Of a DNA stretch of 64,000 nt, positions 1 through 13,208 are shown piece by piece. The number at the start of each line of letters is the position of its first letter. Position 1 is the first letter of the stretch. Under the pieces are notes generated by a model that had not been told where the DNA came from, searched no databases, and saw only the letters and a program-made list of their open reading frames with translations. Position numbers and translations under genes: made by a program. The stretch covers positions 122,739,471 to 122,803,470 of the forward strand of contig NC_068983.1 in NCBI RefSeq assembly GCF_001194135.2, read 5' to 3'. This DNA is from Octopus bimaculoides (Eukaryota).

Positions 1-765
1 TTTACGCGGATTTGCTGCAGCAGACCACAGACACTTGTATGGACGAGGCAAAGGGCGAACCATTCAAGTTTATAAAGGAGTATAATTTTAAATGTTTTTT
101 ATATTTTTTTCTTTTTTCTCATTTTTCCCTTTTTGTCTCTGTTTTAGGTCATTAAAATTCCAAACATTTACTTACTTTTTCCTTTATTCCCCCCCCCCTT
201 TTTTTACCATTTTATGGTCCTCATAATCTATTACAAGCAGCAAGTCATCAAACTCTGGGACTGGTTCGCTTTCCATACTTCCTCTTTTCACTACTTCACC
301 CATAAATGGGGAAGAAAACAACTATAAAAACACAGCAAAATACAGCAACTAACAATTTAAAAATTCAACAGTGAAGTCAAACAATAGGTTCATCCTTACG
401 GGTAACCTTCAGCAATTAATCAACAATGTGACTTACGTCTAACAGGGATCAAACAATGATTAACGCGAAAAATTGCTACTAGTTAGATCTGGTCAGGAAG
501 CGAAAGTTTTTCTTTTTATTCCTATTAAAAGGATACATAGAGGGGACAAACAAGGACAGACAAAAACATATATATAGGTCTTCAGCCTTTTACGGATCTT
601 TTATCGAATGGATATTATAATGAATATGATAATATAATGTGATATGATACATTAAAAATTATTAGATAAAACTTTTTAAGTTCTCTCTTTTTTTTTTTTG
701 GTTTGGATTATCTTACTAACCCACCGGTTGTTTTCCCTATTTTTTGTGTGTCTTTTCCTTTCCTT

Positions 766-3700
766 CTATGGCCAGTCCGGCCGTGTTGGCACGGCTCCTT
801 GAATCCTCATCTTTCTTACAATTTCCTTCCATCTTTTCGCAAACACTCTTTGTGGCAGGCTCCTCATCTCCAGACAGATCTTGAAAACAAGATGGGCGGT
901 GAAATAGTTCATCAGCCCTCGTCTGGAGATGAACTGTTCTGTCACAATTCCTTCCAAACGCGTCTTCTATACCGTTTCTTTCAATATGGTTATTACGCAG
1001 AGAAAAGCTGCCTTCTTGTGTTTGGAAAGAGAGAAAGGTGGTACGATCTTAATCATGGACTCAGTCGAGAGCCGTACTCCTTCTGCATCCGACATCAGTT
1101 GTTCGGCATAAGCTATCAACTCCCTAAACGCCTCACAGTGTACGAAGGCGTGCGTCACCGTTTCACTGACGCGCCCGCACCTCAGACAAGGGGAGGTGAC
1201 ATATTCGTGCCTTGACAACCTTTCCCGAACCAGTAAGGCCGATCGGTAGCACAGCCAAGTCAAGGATTTCTGGTAGTTATCCAGGAATCTCGATCCGAAG
1301 GTCCTCCCAAACAGGCTGGCTAGCTGTCTCTTGTCGAAGCCCAGAGTCTCCCCCAGGACATCATCAGACTTAAGCTCTACCAACCCGCTATAAATCTCCG
1401 CTGTGGTAACTCTGCTGCTAGCATTACTCACTCGAGAGAAGAGGGAGAGCACTTGTTTGCACTCCACCTGCCATTCTCCCGTCTTGGGTCTTCGTCTGAT
1501 CCATGCTCCTAGGTCTCTCAGGGACTCATACTTTGGGAAATCCTGCTCGGCAAGCGTTGACCACATCTGTTCACCATCCAGGTGGCACCGGAGATGTCTC
1601 AGCCTCAGCGCGTGCTTGCGCATCATCAGCCAGAGCATTCCCAGCCCACCCTTTAACGGTTTCTGGCAACAGATGGAGCGCCTCACAAGTGGAGTTTTAC
1701 TTCTCCACAAAAAGTGGAAAAGTATCCGCTCCAACTTGTTCAGCTACAAACCAGGGCAAGGCACGACGGTTAGGCGGTAGGTTATCACCGATGCAAAGAA
1801 CACCTGCGCAACAAGGATAACCTCCTCCCAGACCACTTCTGGGCTATGGCTGTCATCTTGCTCGCCACCTCACTCCAGTTCTTCTCCACCTGGAGGTCCG
1901 GTCCAAACCAAACCCCAAATATTTTAACCGGGCCCTCCGTCCAGTGCCCGACGACGCTGTTGNNNNNNNNNNNNNNNNNNNNNNNNNNNNNNNNNNNNNN
2001 NNNNNNNNNNNNNNNNNNNNNNNNNNNNNNNNNNNNNNNNNNNNNNNNNNNNNNNNTCATCCGTGTATGCCGTCACGTTCCTTCCGCAACAAGGATCATG
2101 CGAGTCCACCCCCAACGTCCCTCAACTTCCGCAGCAATGGTTCGAGCACCAATACATACAGAATCGGGGACAGGGCGCAGCCCTGACGCACTGAACGCTC
2201 GATCGCGAAGGGGTTCTAAAAGAACCCATTCACCTGGACTGTTGATTCGATATTGCCGTACATGGCTTTAATCCAGCCTCGGAATATCGGGCCAAATCCG
2301 GCTTGCCCGAAGAACCGCCGCCAGGTATCCGTGGTCAACCTTATCGAACGCCTTAGACTGGTCTAAATTCACCAGTGCCCCACCGTTGCCATGCATTTTA
2401 CCCACCCACTCTATGATGTAGCGAATGAGGTGAAGGTTGTCCTGTATCGTCCTTCCTGAGATGGCACATGTCTGTGCTTCCCCCACCAGGTCGCCCATGA
2501 CAACCCTAACGCTCTTTGCGAGCACCTTGGCCAAAATGTTTAACTCTGTGTTTAGCAGAGTTATGGGCCTAAAATTATTGACATTATCCCCCTTGCTCGG
2601 GTCTTTCCTGATCAGTGTCACCACTCCTCGGCTCACAGCTTTGGGAATCCTCCCATTCTGCTACCAATTCGTGTACACACTGGCCAGTATGTCCCCGAAC
2701 AAGTCTGGCATGCTACTGTAAAATTCGTAGGGAAGACCACCCAGACCCGGCGCCTTGTCCCCGGGGCCCTCGGACAGTACCTCTCTGATCTCCTTGGCTG
2801 TGATTGGTCCTTCGCAGCCCGGACTCTGCATCCTTCGTGTTTGGCATTGAGCTGACGGTCCAGTTCTGATCTCACCGCCTGCACTTGTGACGCAGAGCCC
2901 GATCTTAGTGCCTTGTCTAATGCCTTAACTAAGTCCCTTTCTATTCTAGTCTTAAATCTAATTGACTCGATTCTAAGGGCTCTTTTGAGGGCACTCCACC
3001 ACCGGTTGTTGATAACAGCACCGGTAAGTTCCTCTTCACTAACTCCCTAATCTGGCTACGGTAAGCCTCGCAATCCAATAAAGTCTTGTTCAGCTACCAG
3101 TAGCCAGATCCCTGTCTATGTACCTTATCTATATTCACCCTACACGTCATTAACTTGTGATCTGTGTAGGGTACGTAGGTAAACTGTGGACAACTAAAGC
3201 TATGCCTGTCTCTAGTACTTACAACTATCCTGTCTATATAAGACCTGACCATTCCGTCGTTACTTGCCCAGGTCCACACTTGAACGTTCGGGTGGTCAAG
3301 TCTATATCGATCTGCCAGCCTGAAACGCTTCAGCAGATCGATGAGGCATAAGTTTCCCTTTCTATCTTTAGAGCCCACGCTATCCTGTCGTGCATCCAGT
3401 ATAGCGTTAAAGTCACCTAGTACAACTACTGTCTTCGATGTTACCAGGAAATTTTCCAGGCGATGAAAGAAACCGACTCGTTTGCCTGTATTACCAGGCG
3501 CGTATATGCCAACCAGCCTGAAGGCCTTGCCACAGTATGTTAGATCCAGAACGACCAACTCACGTTCTGGGTCCACGAAGATTGTACGTGTCTGCATGAC
3601 CAAGCTTTTACGGATCAATTCAGCCACCCCTCTGCTCCCTCCTTCCCGGCTAGGAGAAATTATTTTCTCGTAGTCATTCAGGAGTGCAGAGAAGTTCTGC

Positions 3701-3833
3701 AGCTTGTCCAGCTTAGTCTCTGTAACAACCATCTCATCCATACTATGTGACCTGAGGTCGTCGAGGAGGCACGTCTGCTTCACTTCGAGCTCAGGCCACG
3801 CACATTTAAACACGCTATGTTCAATACGACCAT
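766..3833 (-). pseudogene. LINE ORF2 (APE endonuclease plus reverse transcriptase), frameshifted
   Basis: Starts MVVLNIACLNVRG. APE motifs VTETK, IYAP, LGDFNA, YIDRI, TDHK. RT motifs FRPITLLNTE, DQSKAFDKVDH, PLSPILY, AYTD next to the N gap. Confidence 0.88.
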
Positions 3834-5285
3834 TTGCAACATAGAGGAAAAAAGAGGAACATACTTACCATCTCTTTGTCTTCCCAGGGGAATGGCTCTC
3901 AAGACATTTGAGACCACTTCCCTATATCCTTTTGTTCCTCCTATGAAGGGTACCTCCAAGGAGGGTTCAACCGACGGGTCGAATACTTTTTAAAAATTAT
4001 TTAGTAAGCTTATGTCATTGGGATGTAGTTTGTTCAGACCAAAAAACAGAGTTCTTGCTATCTTTACTATGACAGTAGGACTCTAATTACAATCGTTTTT
4101 ATAAACCAATGAGTCATTATGTGGTCTAATGACCCCATCTAGGTAAATGTTTTTTCTACGGTACGAGACCGTCACTCGATCAACTGGTTTCGGTATTGTT
4201 ATAGGGATGTCTATAAAGGACATCTTTTTCCCTTTTTTCTTCCCTGGTTTGGCTACTTTGGTCTTTGAGGTTTCCTGTTTGTTCGGGGACTCCACCTTCC
4301 TCGTCCTCTTCCTCGAACAAACCTGGTACCCATCTGTTGGTAGTTGCTTTTCCTCTTCACTGTCAGCGATGATCTCCTATGATGCGGTCACTCTTGGGAG
4401 TGCCATCTCTTGGTTGGATGAACTCCTGGTAACGGCCTCAGTGGCCGGGAGTTCACCCTCTTTGGTTGATGTCTTTTTGGTTGTAGCTAAGGGTGCACCT
4501 TTCTTTGGTCCTATAAGTGTTGTAACTTTTTTTGGTTCACTTTGGTTTTTCGATGATCCCTCCTGGGGATCATCTTCCTTGGAGGTGTGGTTAGAGGTGG
4601 ACTGTTCTGTTTTTTTAAATTTATTTTCGGGACACTTTTCTCTTAAGTGTCCCTTCTTCCCACACTTGAAACAGCGGGGCCTCCTTCCTTCGACATGAAT
4701 GGAGATACTTATATCGTCCATTATTATCGTTTCTGGCAGCTCCTATAAGTCATTCGATGTGGCTTGCGCCAGGATCTCGAGGGTCTGGCCCCGCCAGTTC
4801 TGTGGGCCGTCTTTTGTTATCTGTATCATTTTTAATTTTTCCTCCCTCTTGTATAGCAGGGTGGCCACGATCCAGCCCAACTCCACCTCCGGGGGGATGT
4901 TTTTAATTTTTATTCGGGACGTCCTACGCCCCAGATATAGTGGCACTAATAAAATTTTGCCACATTGCAAGGTTCTTGTCGACAGCTCTCTTGCACGCTC
5001 TGTCGATTCGAACCTTGCTTTAATGGTTGCAAATCGTATTCCTCTGTTTAGATATTTTATGTGGTTCATTATTGCGCCAAGACATTTCTCTATGCAACTC
5101 TCCTTCAAGTGTTTAAATTTCTTGGTCTCCGTGTTGTAAGTTTTATAGATGATAGTTTTCTCTTTGATTTTATTTTGGAGTTCACTTGGAGGTGTTATTC
5201 TCGATTCACCGTCCTTTTCTGATATCATTTCGAAGAATGCCTGGATTTCCTCCACTTTCNNNNNNNNNNACATTTTTTTCAACAA
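3834..5285 (-). pseudogene. LINE ORF1 (gag-like, zinc knuckle), interrupted by in-frame stops
   Basis: ORF-track pieces 4743-5285, 4377-4721 and 4083-4295 are all in one frame, separated by single TAG codons. CX2CX4HX4C motif, followed by a K/S/T-rich low-complexity region. Confidence 0.8.
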
Positions 5286-5479
5286 AACAATTCCGTATTA
5301 CGGAAAAAAATATTTTCGAAAACGGAAACTCAGTCCAACAGAGTTCATACAGTATTCCTTCTCCGAAGGGGTGGGGGTGGGGTGTAACAGTTCACAAAAA
5401 GGTATTTACAGAATAACAACAGTATTCCCTTTCGGGAAGATAACAAACAACAAAGACTTCGAGACGAGGAGAAGCTGGG

Positions 5480-5621
5480 TCTTTATAAGGAGCGGTAGGT
5501 TCAAAACTGGGCTGAGAACAGGCTGTCTTACGTGATTTATTTTAGAAGTTCTGATTGGTTATAAACGGCAAATTGGCGCGACAGATTAAGAGATAAGATG
5601 CGCCAATACCAACCAATCAGA
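5480..5621 (-). promoter_or_regulatory. CCAAT x4 plus TATA Pol II-type promoter upstream of LINE ORF1
   Basis: ATTGG at 5554 and 5572, CCAAT at 5603 and 5613, arranged as an inverted pair. TATAAA on the minus strand at 5487-5482. Confidence 0.5.
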
Positions 5622-5789
5622 GTAGTGGACACAACAGGGTCCAAATAGCAGCCAAAGGCTAGCTATTATCTGCTATGTTCGAATGCACGTATATATAATA
5701 AAGGGAAAGAAGAATTTCACTCGAGTGTACGCTACACGTTTTTCAAAAGAAACACCCAGAAAAAGTTGCAACTGGGCGTGTTACGATGA

Positions 5790-6281
5790 TAGTTAATGAC
5801 ACTTTCCTAACTCATTTCAGAAACACTTTGAATGAAAGGATGAAACAGACCTTATTGGACAGGTTTTTATCGAAAATTCCTACCGATGAAAGTGAGGAAG
5901 GCGTGGTAAAAAGGGCAAAAATCAGCGAATAAGATTCAGTTATTCAGTTCAGCCTTTCTCCTCCACTTCCGTCAGCATCCTCAAGTCGTCTGATCCCCAA
6001 GGTAAATGCTGTTCATTATACTTAATAAAACCAATTTATTGAAGCACATCCTATTGTATTGTTTGTTTTTTAAATACAATATTCGTTATTTATAAGTACT
6101 TTTTTCTTATTCAAAAACATGTAACAAAAACAAATTGCACTGTTTTTTTCGGGTCCCGGAACGGATTAATGGCGTTTCAATTCTTTTCAATGGGGAAAAT
6201 TGATTTGACATACGCGTAATTTGAGTTACGAGCTCCGTCGTCACGGAATGAATTAAACTTGTAAGTCAATGCACCTCTGTA
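5790..6281 (+). mobile_element. pogo/Tigger-type DNA transposon 3' end remnant
   Basis: Ends ...aaacttgtaagtcaatgcacctctg-TA. Tigger-like subterminal gaacggattaatggcgtttcaat...caatgggg motif. Confidence 0.6.
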
Positions 6282-6479
6282 TATATATATTTTTTTTAAA
6301 GCATCAATCGGAAACCCCAATTTACAACATGTAAATCAATGGGAATATAGGTTTGCCTTTCGCAATTCCATGTTACAAGAATTCTTATGATGGGGATGCT
6401 TGTATGTGATAAATATTGGGCAATCAATGCTCACTATATTACATAAATAAGACTCTACAGTCTCTGTTTGTCAATCTCC

Positions 6480-6960
6480 TATGAAACAGTACCCAACAGA
6501 TAACTGCTGTACGCGGAGTAATACAACTAAATTACCCAAACCAACTACGTGGACAGCAAAGAAAACAACAAAGGACCTTGTTTGCAGTCAAATTTCCTTC
6601 AAGTCACACCCTACCAGCTTAGATGAGGAAAAGATATTGGTAAATGTAGTCCAAGATACCCTTAAAAAGACAGGACGGTCGTGGCTAGAATGCATTTTAT
6701 CACAGGTGTGCTTGCTCAGAGTTGACTTGGGCTAAACATTTAGAGGAAAATGTCAGCTACATGCGCCGCCAGATAAAATATTTAGTATCACCGACTATAT
6801 CTTATGAGAACTCCAACTCTTATGAGTAAATTAATAACTGTAAAATACGAACAGAAGACTTCAAGTGAGATAATTCGTAAGTAACAAGCCAAATTCACTT
6901 GCCATAGCACGAACAGTACGGCCTTACACATGTAATACAGAGAATTGAATATCCTCAATC
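6480..6960 (+). mobile_element. Highly degenerate LINE (RTE/CR1-like) fragment
   Basis: Broken translation resembling the LINE C-terminal IRKxQAKF motif. Weak similarity. Confidence 0.3.
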
Positions 6961-8109
6961 AATAGCTGAAAATTAGAAGCCAGTTGCTTCCTTAAGCATT
7001 ATATTTAAGCGTTACATAAGCTACCTCAATGAGATACTCTAAGATCATTGCAAGTCCAACAAAATTGTAACTAGTGGGCAGGAAGTAGAAATGAGGGAGT
7101 GTAAAAATGCAGAATAATCACTAGTTAATAAAACTGTGTAGTCTTGACTTCATCCTTGCGGGAATTTTGTGGCGATGTGACTCAATTACAGATAAATAAC
7201 AGCTGCTGGAATCACAGTCTGTCTAAATGTTCCGTCAATCACCATTGGAAGATTTAGTCAACCATCCTTTTCTTTCTAACTCAGAGCACGACGACTGTCT
7301 TCCGTTTCCGAAAGGGATATTCCAACGCTTGTTTTTTTTAATATTTTTCTAGCATTTCTTCTGCATAAATTAAGTTGATATACACTTGGGCATTCAATAG
7401 TAAGAAAGACCAATTTAAACATAAATTCCTTTGTTGAAGACTTCAACATTTAAATTGAAAATAACTGCAAGGCTGAATTTAATAACAAATGTGTTCAACT
7501 AATGCAGGAATTACATTTGGTCAAAAGAGATTTTCATACTTGATTGTAGAACTTGAGGAAACAACCAAATCGAAAATGTAAACGCCGATGGTCTTGCTAT
7601 TTTCTCTTTTCCACTCTATAGCATAGTGAAAGATATTACAATGTGATCTACAGCTTGCCAAAACATTATCAAGTTATTTTCTATGCAGCATGATTGTGTT
7701 GTTGAAACAATATACAATGCCATCCCAACTGTCCTGCGACAAACATGAAGAAAATATTTCTGATGCTAAGGAATGTTGGTGTAATATCCCTAAAAAAATC
7801 CATTAAATACAAACACAAGCTTGGCGTCGCTGTTTGGTATAAGAAATAAAATAAATAAAAATAAATGAAGTAAAATACTGTTGCCGAAACCAGCTGCTTA
7901 AAAGGTGTGAAAATTTCATCTAAAAAAAAGCAAGACAACATTTAAAGCTAAATGTTTCGAAACTTGCTGTAAAAGGTTGATAGTTGCAATAGAGACATTA
8001 GTCTCTCTCTATCACCTTTCAACAAAATTATATATTAAGAAACAGTAGAACAATTAACAACATAATAAAAATAAGTTTTATTTTTGGTGATGCTTGGTTT
8101 TACAAATCC

Positions 8110-8380
8110 TGTGTTATTCAGCCTGGCAGCCGCTGGTTATCTTGTAATCAGCATTGGAAGGTTAAAGGCTTCGTTGAGGTATTTCAGAGGAGCAAGTCGT
8201 TGTTACATCGAAGGCACCGCGCTAAAAGAGAGGGTTAGAGAGCGCGCGAAGCGCTTTAAGTACTGGTCTTACTACGCATGCGAACTCGAGGGGCCTCCGG
8301 GAAGGCAAGTCCCTTGCGTATGCGTAGATTGTACTTCCTTAATGGAGGCCATAATTTCGCGCCACTACAATGCAACACAT
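8110..8380. promoter_or_regulatory. CpG-rich promoter-like island
   Basis: High CpG density in an AT-rich background. NRF1-like ACGCATGCG (about 8274-8282), E2F-like TTTCGCGC (about 8356), ACTACA motif (about 8364). Confidence 0.55.
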
Positions 8381-10399
8381 CAATTCAAATTATAAATTTA
8401 TATTCGATAGATCTTACTGTTTAAGCAATGGCTTTGAAGAACAGGGTGGGGGTGGGGTAGTTCATGCAAAGAAAGTGACCCCATCTCTAACTCGTATTTT
8501 ACCAATTTGATATGCAAAACTTTTCTGAAATTCAAGACATAATTTCTATATCTATCTAAATCCAAATGATAGCGATTTAATTCTTAGAAACAAAACCCTT
8601 TTTTATAGGAAAAATTCAAAGAATTAGAAAAGGTTCACATACACATTCATATTTTTACGCATATGTTTTTCTTCTTGATAGGAGTTTAAAGTTTATTCTG
8701 ATCAGAAACTAAGGTTTTAAAGAAAAGATATTTAAAAATAAAAATTGTTTTTGTTGTCTTCGCTGTCTTTTGCACAACTTTTCACCCTTTAAAGTTTAAA
8801 GTCTTCCAGATTTTTATAGCCTCAGATATGTATGTAATGTAATGTAATGCAGGTAGGTAGTTGACTTTTGTGGGTAGTGGGGGGCAGTTCTTAGATCTGT
8901 TGTTGTGCAAATACATTTGTAACTCGAGTCGGCAAATAAAAGGCAAAGTAATACCTTTGTTACTTCCTTGCTTCAAGAGATGTCCAGTGATTTTATTTAA
9001 AAAAAACAAAACAACAAAACAACTGAGTGCTGGACAAGAAGGCAAACAGTATATAAGGGTAAACATCGCTTTATTATTCTAAATTCATATCCTGGCGGAG
9101 TCGATCTTGATTTTCATTCCTTCTCACATGCTGAAGCCAATTTAACAATTAAATTGAGAATGCCTTGTGGAAATGTTAGCAATCATTATTTTAGCTTCAT
9201 TCGCAACCTTCGTGATAATTGCTCATAAATTGTTTCAGTCATTTCTTATGGCGTGTTGACCGTTCTTTTTCTTTCTTATTTGTTCAAAGAACAAAAAAGG
9301 GAACCACTAATAATTTCCAATTGCATGCACAAACAATATTTTATGAGCCTTGAAAATGAACCAAAGTAGCTAAATAACTAATTTGACTAGCTAAATATTT
9401 TATTCCAATATATTTTATTTCTTCAAGGTAAGTAATCAACTTTAATTTGCAGAAAAGATTCCACTTTTCACCTATGTTCATCTTACAGTTGTTGACTTGC
9501 AGTAGTTCAAAATAAGGCATTATCAGCATCAATTTTGCTAGTCTCTTCAGATTAAACTATTAAGATAGAAAATAAGTGACATTGACACAATCGTTCAACT
9601 GCAAGAAAGGGCGACAAATTTCATTCAAATCATACTCACCCGTCTTGAATAAAGGATCTTTCAAACGATATAGACTATGATATAGATAAAATGACGGGAT
9701 GGTCATGCCTGGAACGTTTTTGATCATAGATTTGCTTGACCAAGGTTAACCTATGTATAAACAATATCAAACTAACACCAAGAAACATTTTGGATGTCTT
9801 GAGTCTAATATAGGGAATAGAAGTCTAAACTCTTACAAGTGATGTTACAAAAGTATTACAGTAGGTAAATGAATATCATTTCTCTTAAAATATTGTTTTT
9901 CTCAATTAATTCGGCTGACATTTGTCATATAATCCTCGTAACCTCATAGGAAAAAAAAACCCCAAAATCTTTAACATTCCTTTAATGTATCCTAGTTATG
10001 AATGGAATTATTAGAGATCTCAAGACGATATTCAGTTACGTACCTGTATCGGCGGACAACAAAGTTAAAAGAAGTGCAGTGAATAAAATGAAAAAAAAAA
10101 ATCATAATTCATAATCGACATTACCTAACATAACAACGTCTAATACATTTGATGAATGACATGAATGTGTTATGCTTGTGAAAATGACACCAAGTAAACT
10201 CAAATGTAAGTTGAGAAGAGCATGTTCGAGATTCTCTTGAGTTCGTACATAACGTTGCATTATTAGGAGCATTAAAAAAAAAATCTGTTGTTTATCGTGG
10301 ATGTTTTGGCTGTTGTTTTCTTTTCACTTTGTTGTCCATCGTTATCATCGTCGTCGGCTGTCCGTCGTAGTTTGACGTTGACTATTCTGTTAGGGAACA

Positions 10400-11440
10400 A
10401 AAGGCCTTTGGATAGTGAGTAAGGTAGGTGGCATCGTCCTCCCCACACCATCAAATTGCTTCACTGGACCTCCATGCCAAGAATCAAGTAGTGTACAAGA
10501 GTGCAACGAGCATGGTCAACGATGAGACTGCCCCGTAGTAGCAGCTCACTCGCTAGTTGACACCCAACCGTTCTCTGACAGTAGAGATCTTCCGCTTGGC
10601 GGCAATTATCTTTAAGCTGTTGGTCTAGGACTCCTTCGCATTGTCGGTTATCCAACGTTCTGCTGCCAACATCTTCACTGTATCCCTGGCACGGGAGGCT
10701 AAGGGGTTGCTAGCACTTTCCCAACGTGCCACCCAAATCTACGGACGGAAGGGGCGACTTACTCTCCTTTTTACGGCTTGCCAATGATGTGGGGGTCGTA
10801 CCATACTGTGTCTACCATTACAAAGTCGTTGGCATTAACTCATATGCGAGTAGTTAATCTGTAGCGAGTGATTGAGCCTCTTCATCCTGATGGGTGCGAA
10901 GGGTGCCGGTACTTGAGGTGGATTTTCAGGCTAAGGGAAAGTTGGCAGGGTGCAAGGAAATGCGAGTCGCTGTTTGCGTGTTCGATGCCTGATCTCTGCC
11001 TCTTGATGTGTGTTATTTTCCATCTGTCCGTTCCTTTGATGATGATGATGATATGCCACCACTTTGGGCGGTCCTTGACAGTTGTCTCCCAGGTATTTAG
11101 GTCAATGGAGCAGCGGAGGAGAGTGGCCTTGAGTTGGTCTCAGAGACTGAATTGAGGGGCTCCACGTGGTCTGGTGCCTGAGGCCAACTCCACAAAGAGA
11201 AGTTGACGTAAGAGGCGCATTTGAGGCATATGTATGCTGTGTCCCGAACAGTGGACGCGATGCCAAGGTAGCTTTAATGCTGGGCAGTCCGGCCCTGAGT
11301 AGAACCTCTTCATTGATGATATAGTCCTTCCATCAGATCCTTATGAGTGCACGAAGTGTGTGCTGTTGGAAACGTTTGATTTTCTTCAAGATCTGTCGAT
11401 ACAATGACCCACTCTTCGGTGAAGTGATACTGCTGTTGCT
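10400..11440 (-). mobile_element. RTE (BovB-like) LINE 3' fragment with 3' UTR
   Basis: Minus-strand translation YRQILKKIKRFQQHTLRALIRI*WKDYIINEEVLLRAGLPSI matches the typical RTE C-terminus. Confidence 0.7.
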
Positions 11441-11849
11441 ACCCTTAATAATAATGATTTTTATCATGGAATGGAGTGTAGCCGATTAAATCGACGCCAG
11501 TACCCTACCTGTTTCTTACACCTGTTAACAATGCTCTTTGATAGAATTTTTGAAATTGTAGTTTTTTTTATATTGCGCTTGGTGAACAATAACATCGTAG
11601 GTCAAATATTTCTACCTGGTCAATTTACTGGATCACTGCATTTACGATGGCGAGTGTCTGTATACAATAAATAGAAATTATTCAGGGTATTTCAGTTGGA
11701 AAGCACCCGTTTGTCGGCTTTCTGACTGACGATGCTTATATCATCCACTGATACATTAAAACCAGTCTTCAGTGCGGTGATGCTTTTGCTATTACAACTA
11801 AAAATTGTTTCTGATGCTAATAGAAAATTAAAAAAATAATAATTTTTCT

Positions 11850-12010
11850 ACTGTAGGCACAAGGCCTGAAATTTGGTGGGGGTGGATGAGGGATGGGCTA
11901 ATCAAATACATCAACTCCAGTGCTCATGTAGTACTTATTTAATCGATTCCGAAAGGATGAAAGACAAAATGGATCTCGGCAGAACTGGGCTGTAAGCCCA
12001 CATAACGTGG
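11850..12010 (+). mobile_element. SINE tail (gaaaggatgaaaggcaaagtc family)
   Basis: The same motif recurs at about 14220-14510 (minus), 46870-47090 and 63300-63500. Confidence 0.65.
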
Positions 12011-13149
12011 GATTAAATCAACCCCAAAACATTTAACAGCTGCAACACACACGCAGACACCCGTAGACATACATATATGTACACACGCGCACGATAGGCT
12101 TCTGCACAGTTTCTCTCTACCAAATTTCACTCACAATACATTGTGAGTGAAATTGCCGCCAAACTAGAGAGAACACATGACCAAAGTGTCGTCGAGTAGT
12201 AGAATCGAATTCGGAACCACGTGGTTATGAAACAAAGTTCTCACTGTTCAATTGAATGATACTTTATTTTATCGGTCTCCAGAGAATGAAAGAGAAATTA
12301 ACCCCGGTGGGATTTAAAATTAGTATGTCCAGATACTTGACTGAATACCACAAGGTATTTTGTCCACCTTCTACATCAAGCTTTTTTTTCTGTTACTATA
12401 AGTTAACATTACTTCTTGAATCAACCACTGGACTTGCTAGAAGTAACAGCCAAATAACCCTCAAAGTTCAACTTACTATCCTAAAAAGAAAAAAAAAAAA
12501 ATGGGTGAATGATTCTTGCTGGAAAACTTTGATAAGAGGTGACGTCAAGATAATAACCGCAATTAAAGTATAAAAACCCCATAATTACTGCAGTCTTTTT
12601 TTCTCCGAACATACAGAACTAACAAACAGAATCGCAGCATAATGTATAAATGTGTCATAATAATTAACGTCATCCTAATTTCTATTAAACGGGCAAAATG
12701 ATACAAAATTAATTGATTTTTCATTGTTTAGAAATTTCTTCAAATAGACATTCAATTTTGAAAACATTCACAAACCACCAACAATTTTTCTTTTTTTCTG
12801 TTTCCTCATATTTTTCCTAGTAAAATATATTTCTTTTAAAAACTTTCTTATTTCCGTTTTTATGAATAAGCGACAAAATATCAAATATGATTTGTCAAGT
12901 GAAAACACCATATTAATTTCATGAAACAGTTTCCAACCTTAAAGGTACCTTGTGTTTTGCTACTATGAATAGAAAAACGGAAAAGTGACGGTAAACAGTT
13001 GATTTGACATGTTGATGTTAATTTCATAGTTAGTCCCCCTGTTGAAACCAGGAGCCAAACCAACCTTTCTCATCAGCAGACGACAAGCGAAACTTCAAGC
13101 TCAGATAGATACCACAGTTAGGTTTTTATCACTCATCAAGTAATTCACA

Positions 13150-13208
13150 ATGTCCCGTCGGGCGTCTATGTTCAGCTTTTTGGGAGTTTCTGATGAAGAT
13201 ATCCACAG
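13150..13208 (+). CDS. Candidate first coding exon of an unidentified host gene (MSRRASMFSFLGVSDEDIH)
   Basis: ATG preceded by an in-frame TAA, ending at an AG|GTAAAT donor. Acceptor-like tttctcatcag at about 13076. Confidence 0.4.

Larger units (their letters stand above)
690..5460 (-). mobile_element. Tx1/L1-clade non-LTR retrotransposon, near full length, inactivated
   Basis: ORF1 with a CCHC knuckle (CFKCGKKGHLREKC), then APE endonuclease, RT and a C-terminal CCHC (CLRCGRVSETVTHAFVHC). A-rich tail near 690-700. Multiple stops and frameshifts. Confidence 0.9.

Noticed and set aside
3858-3875. ATACTTACC resembling the U1 snRNA 5' end
   Set aside because: The downstream sequence does not match U1. 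It is the reverse complement of a donor-like GGTAAGTAT inside the LINE.
8084-8395. 103-aa ORF over the CpG island
   Set aside because: Non-ATG start, no recognisable domain, and GC-rich promoter sequence explains the lack of stops.
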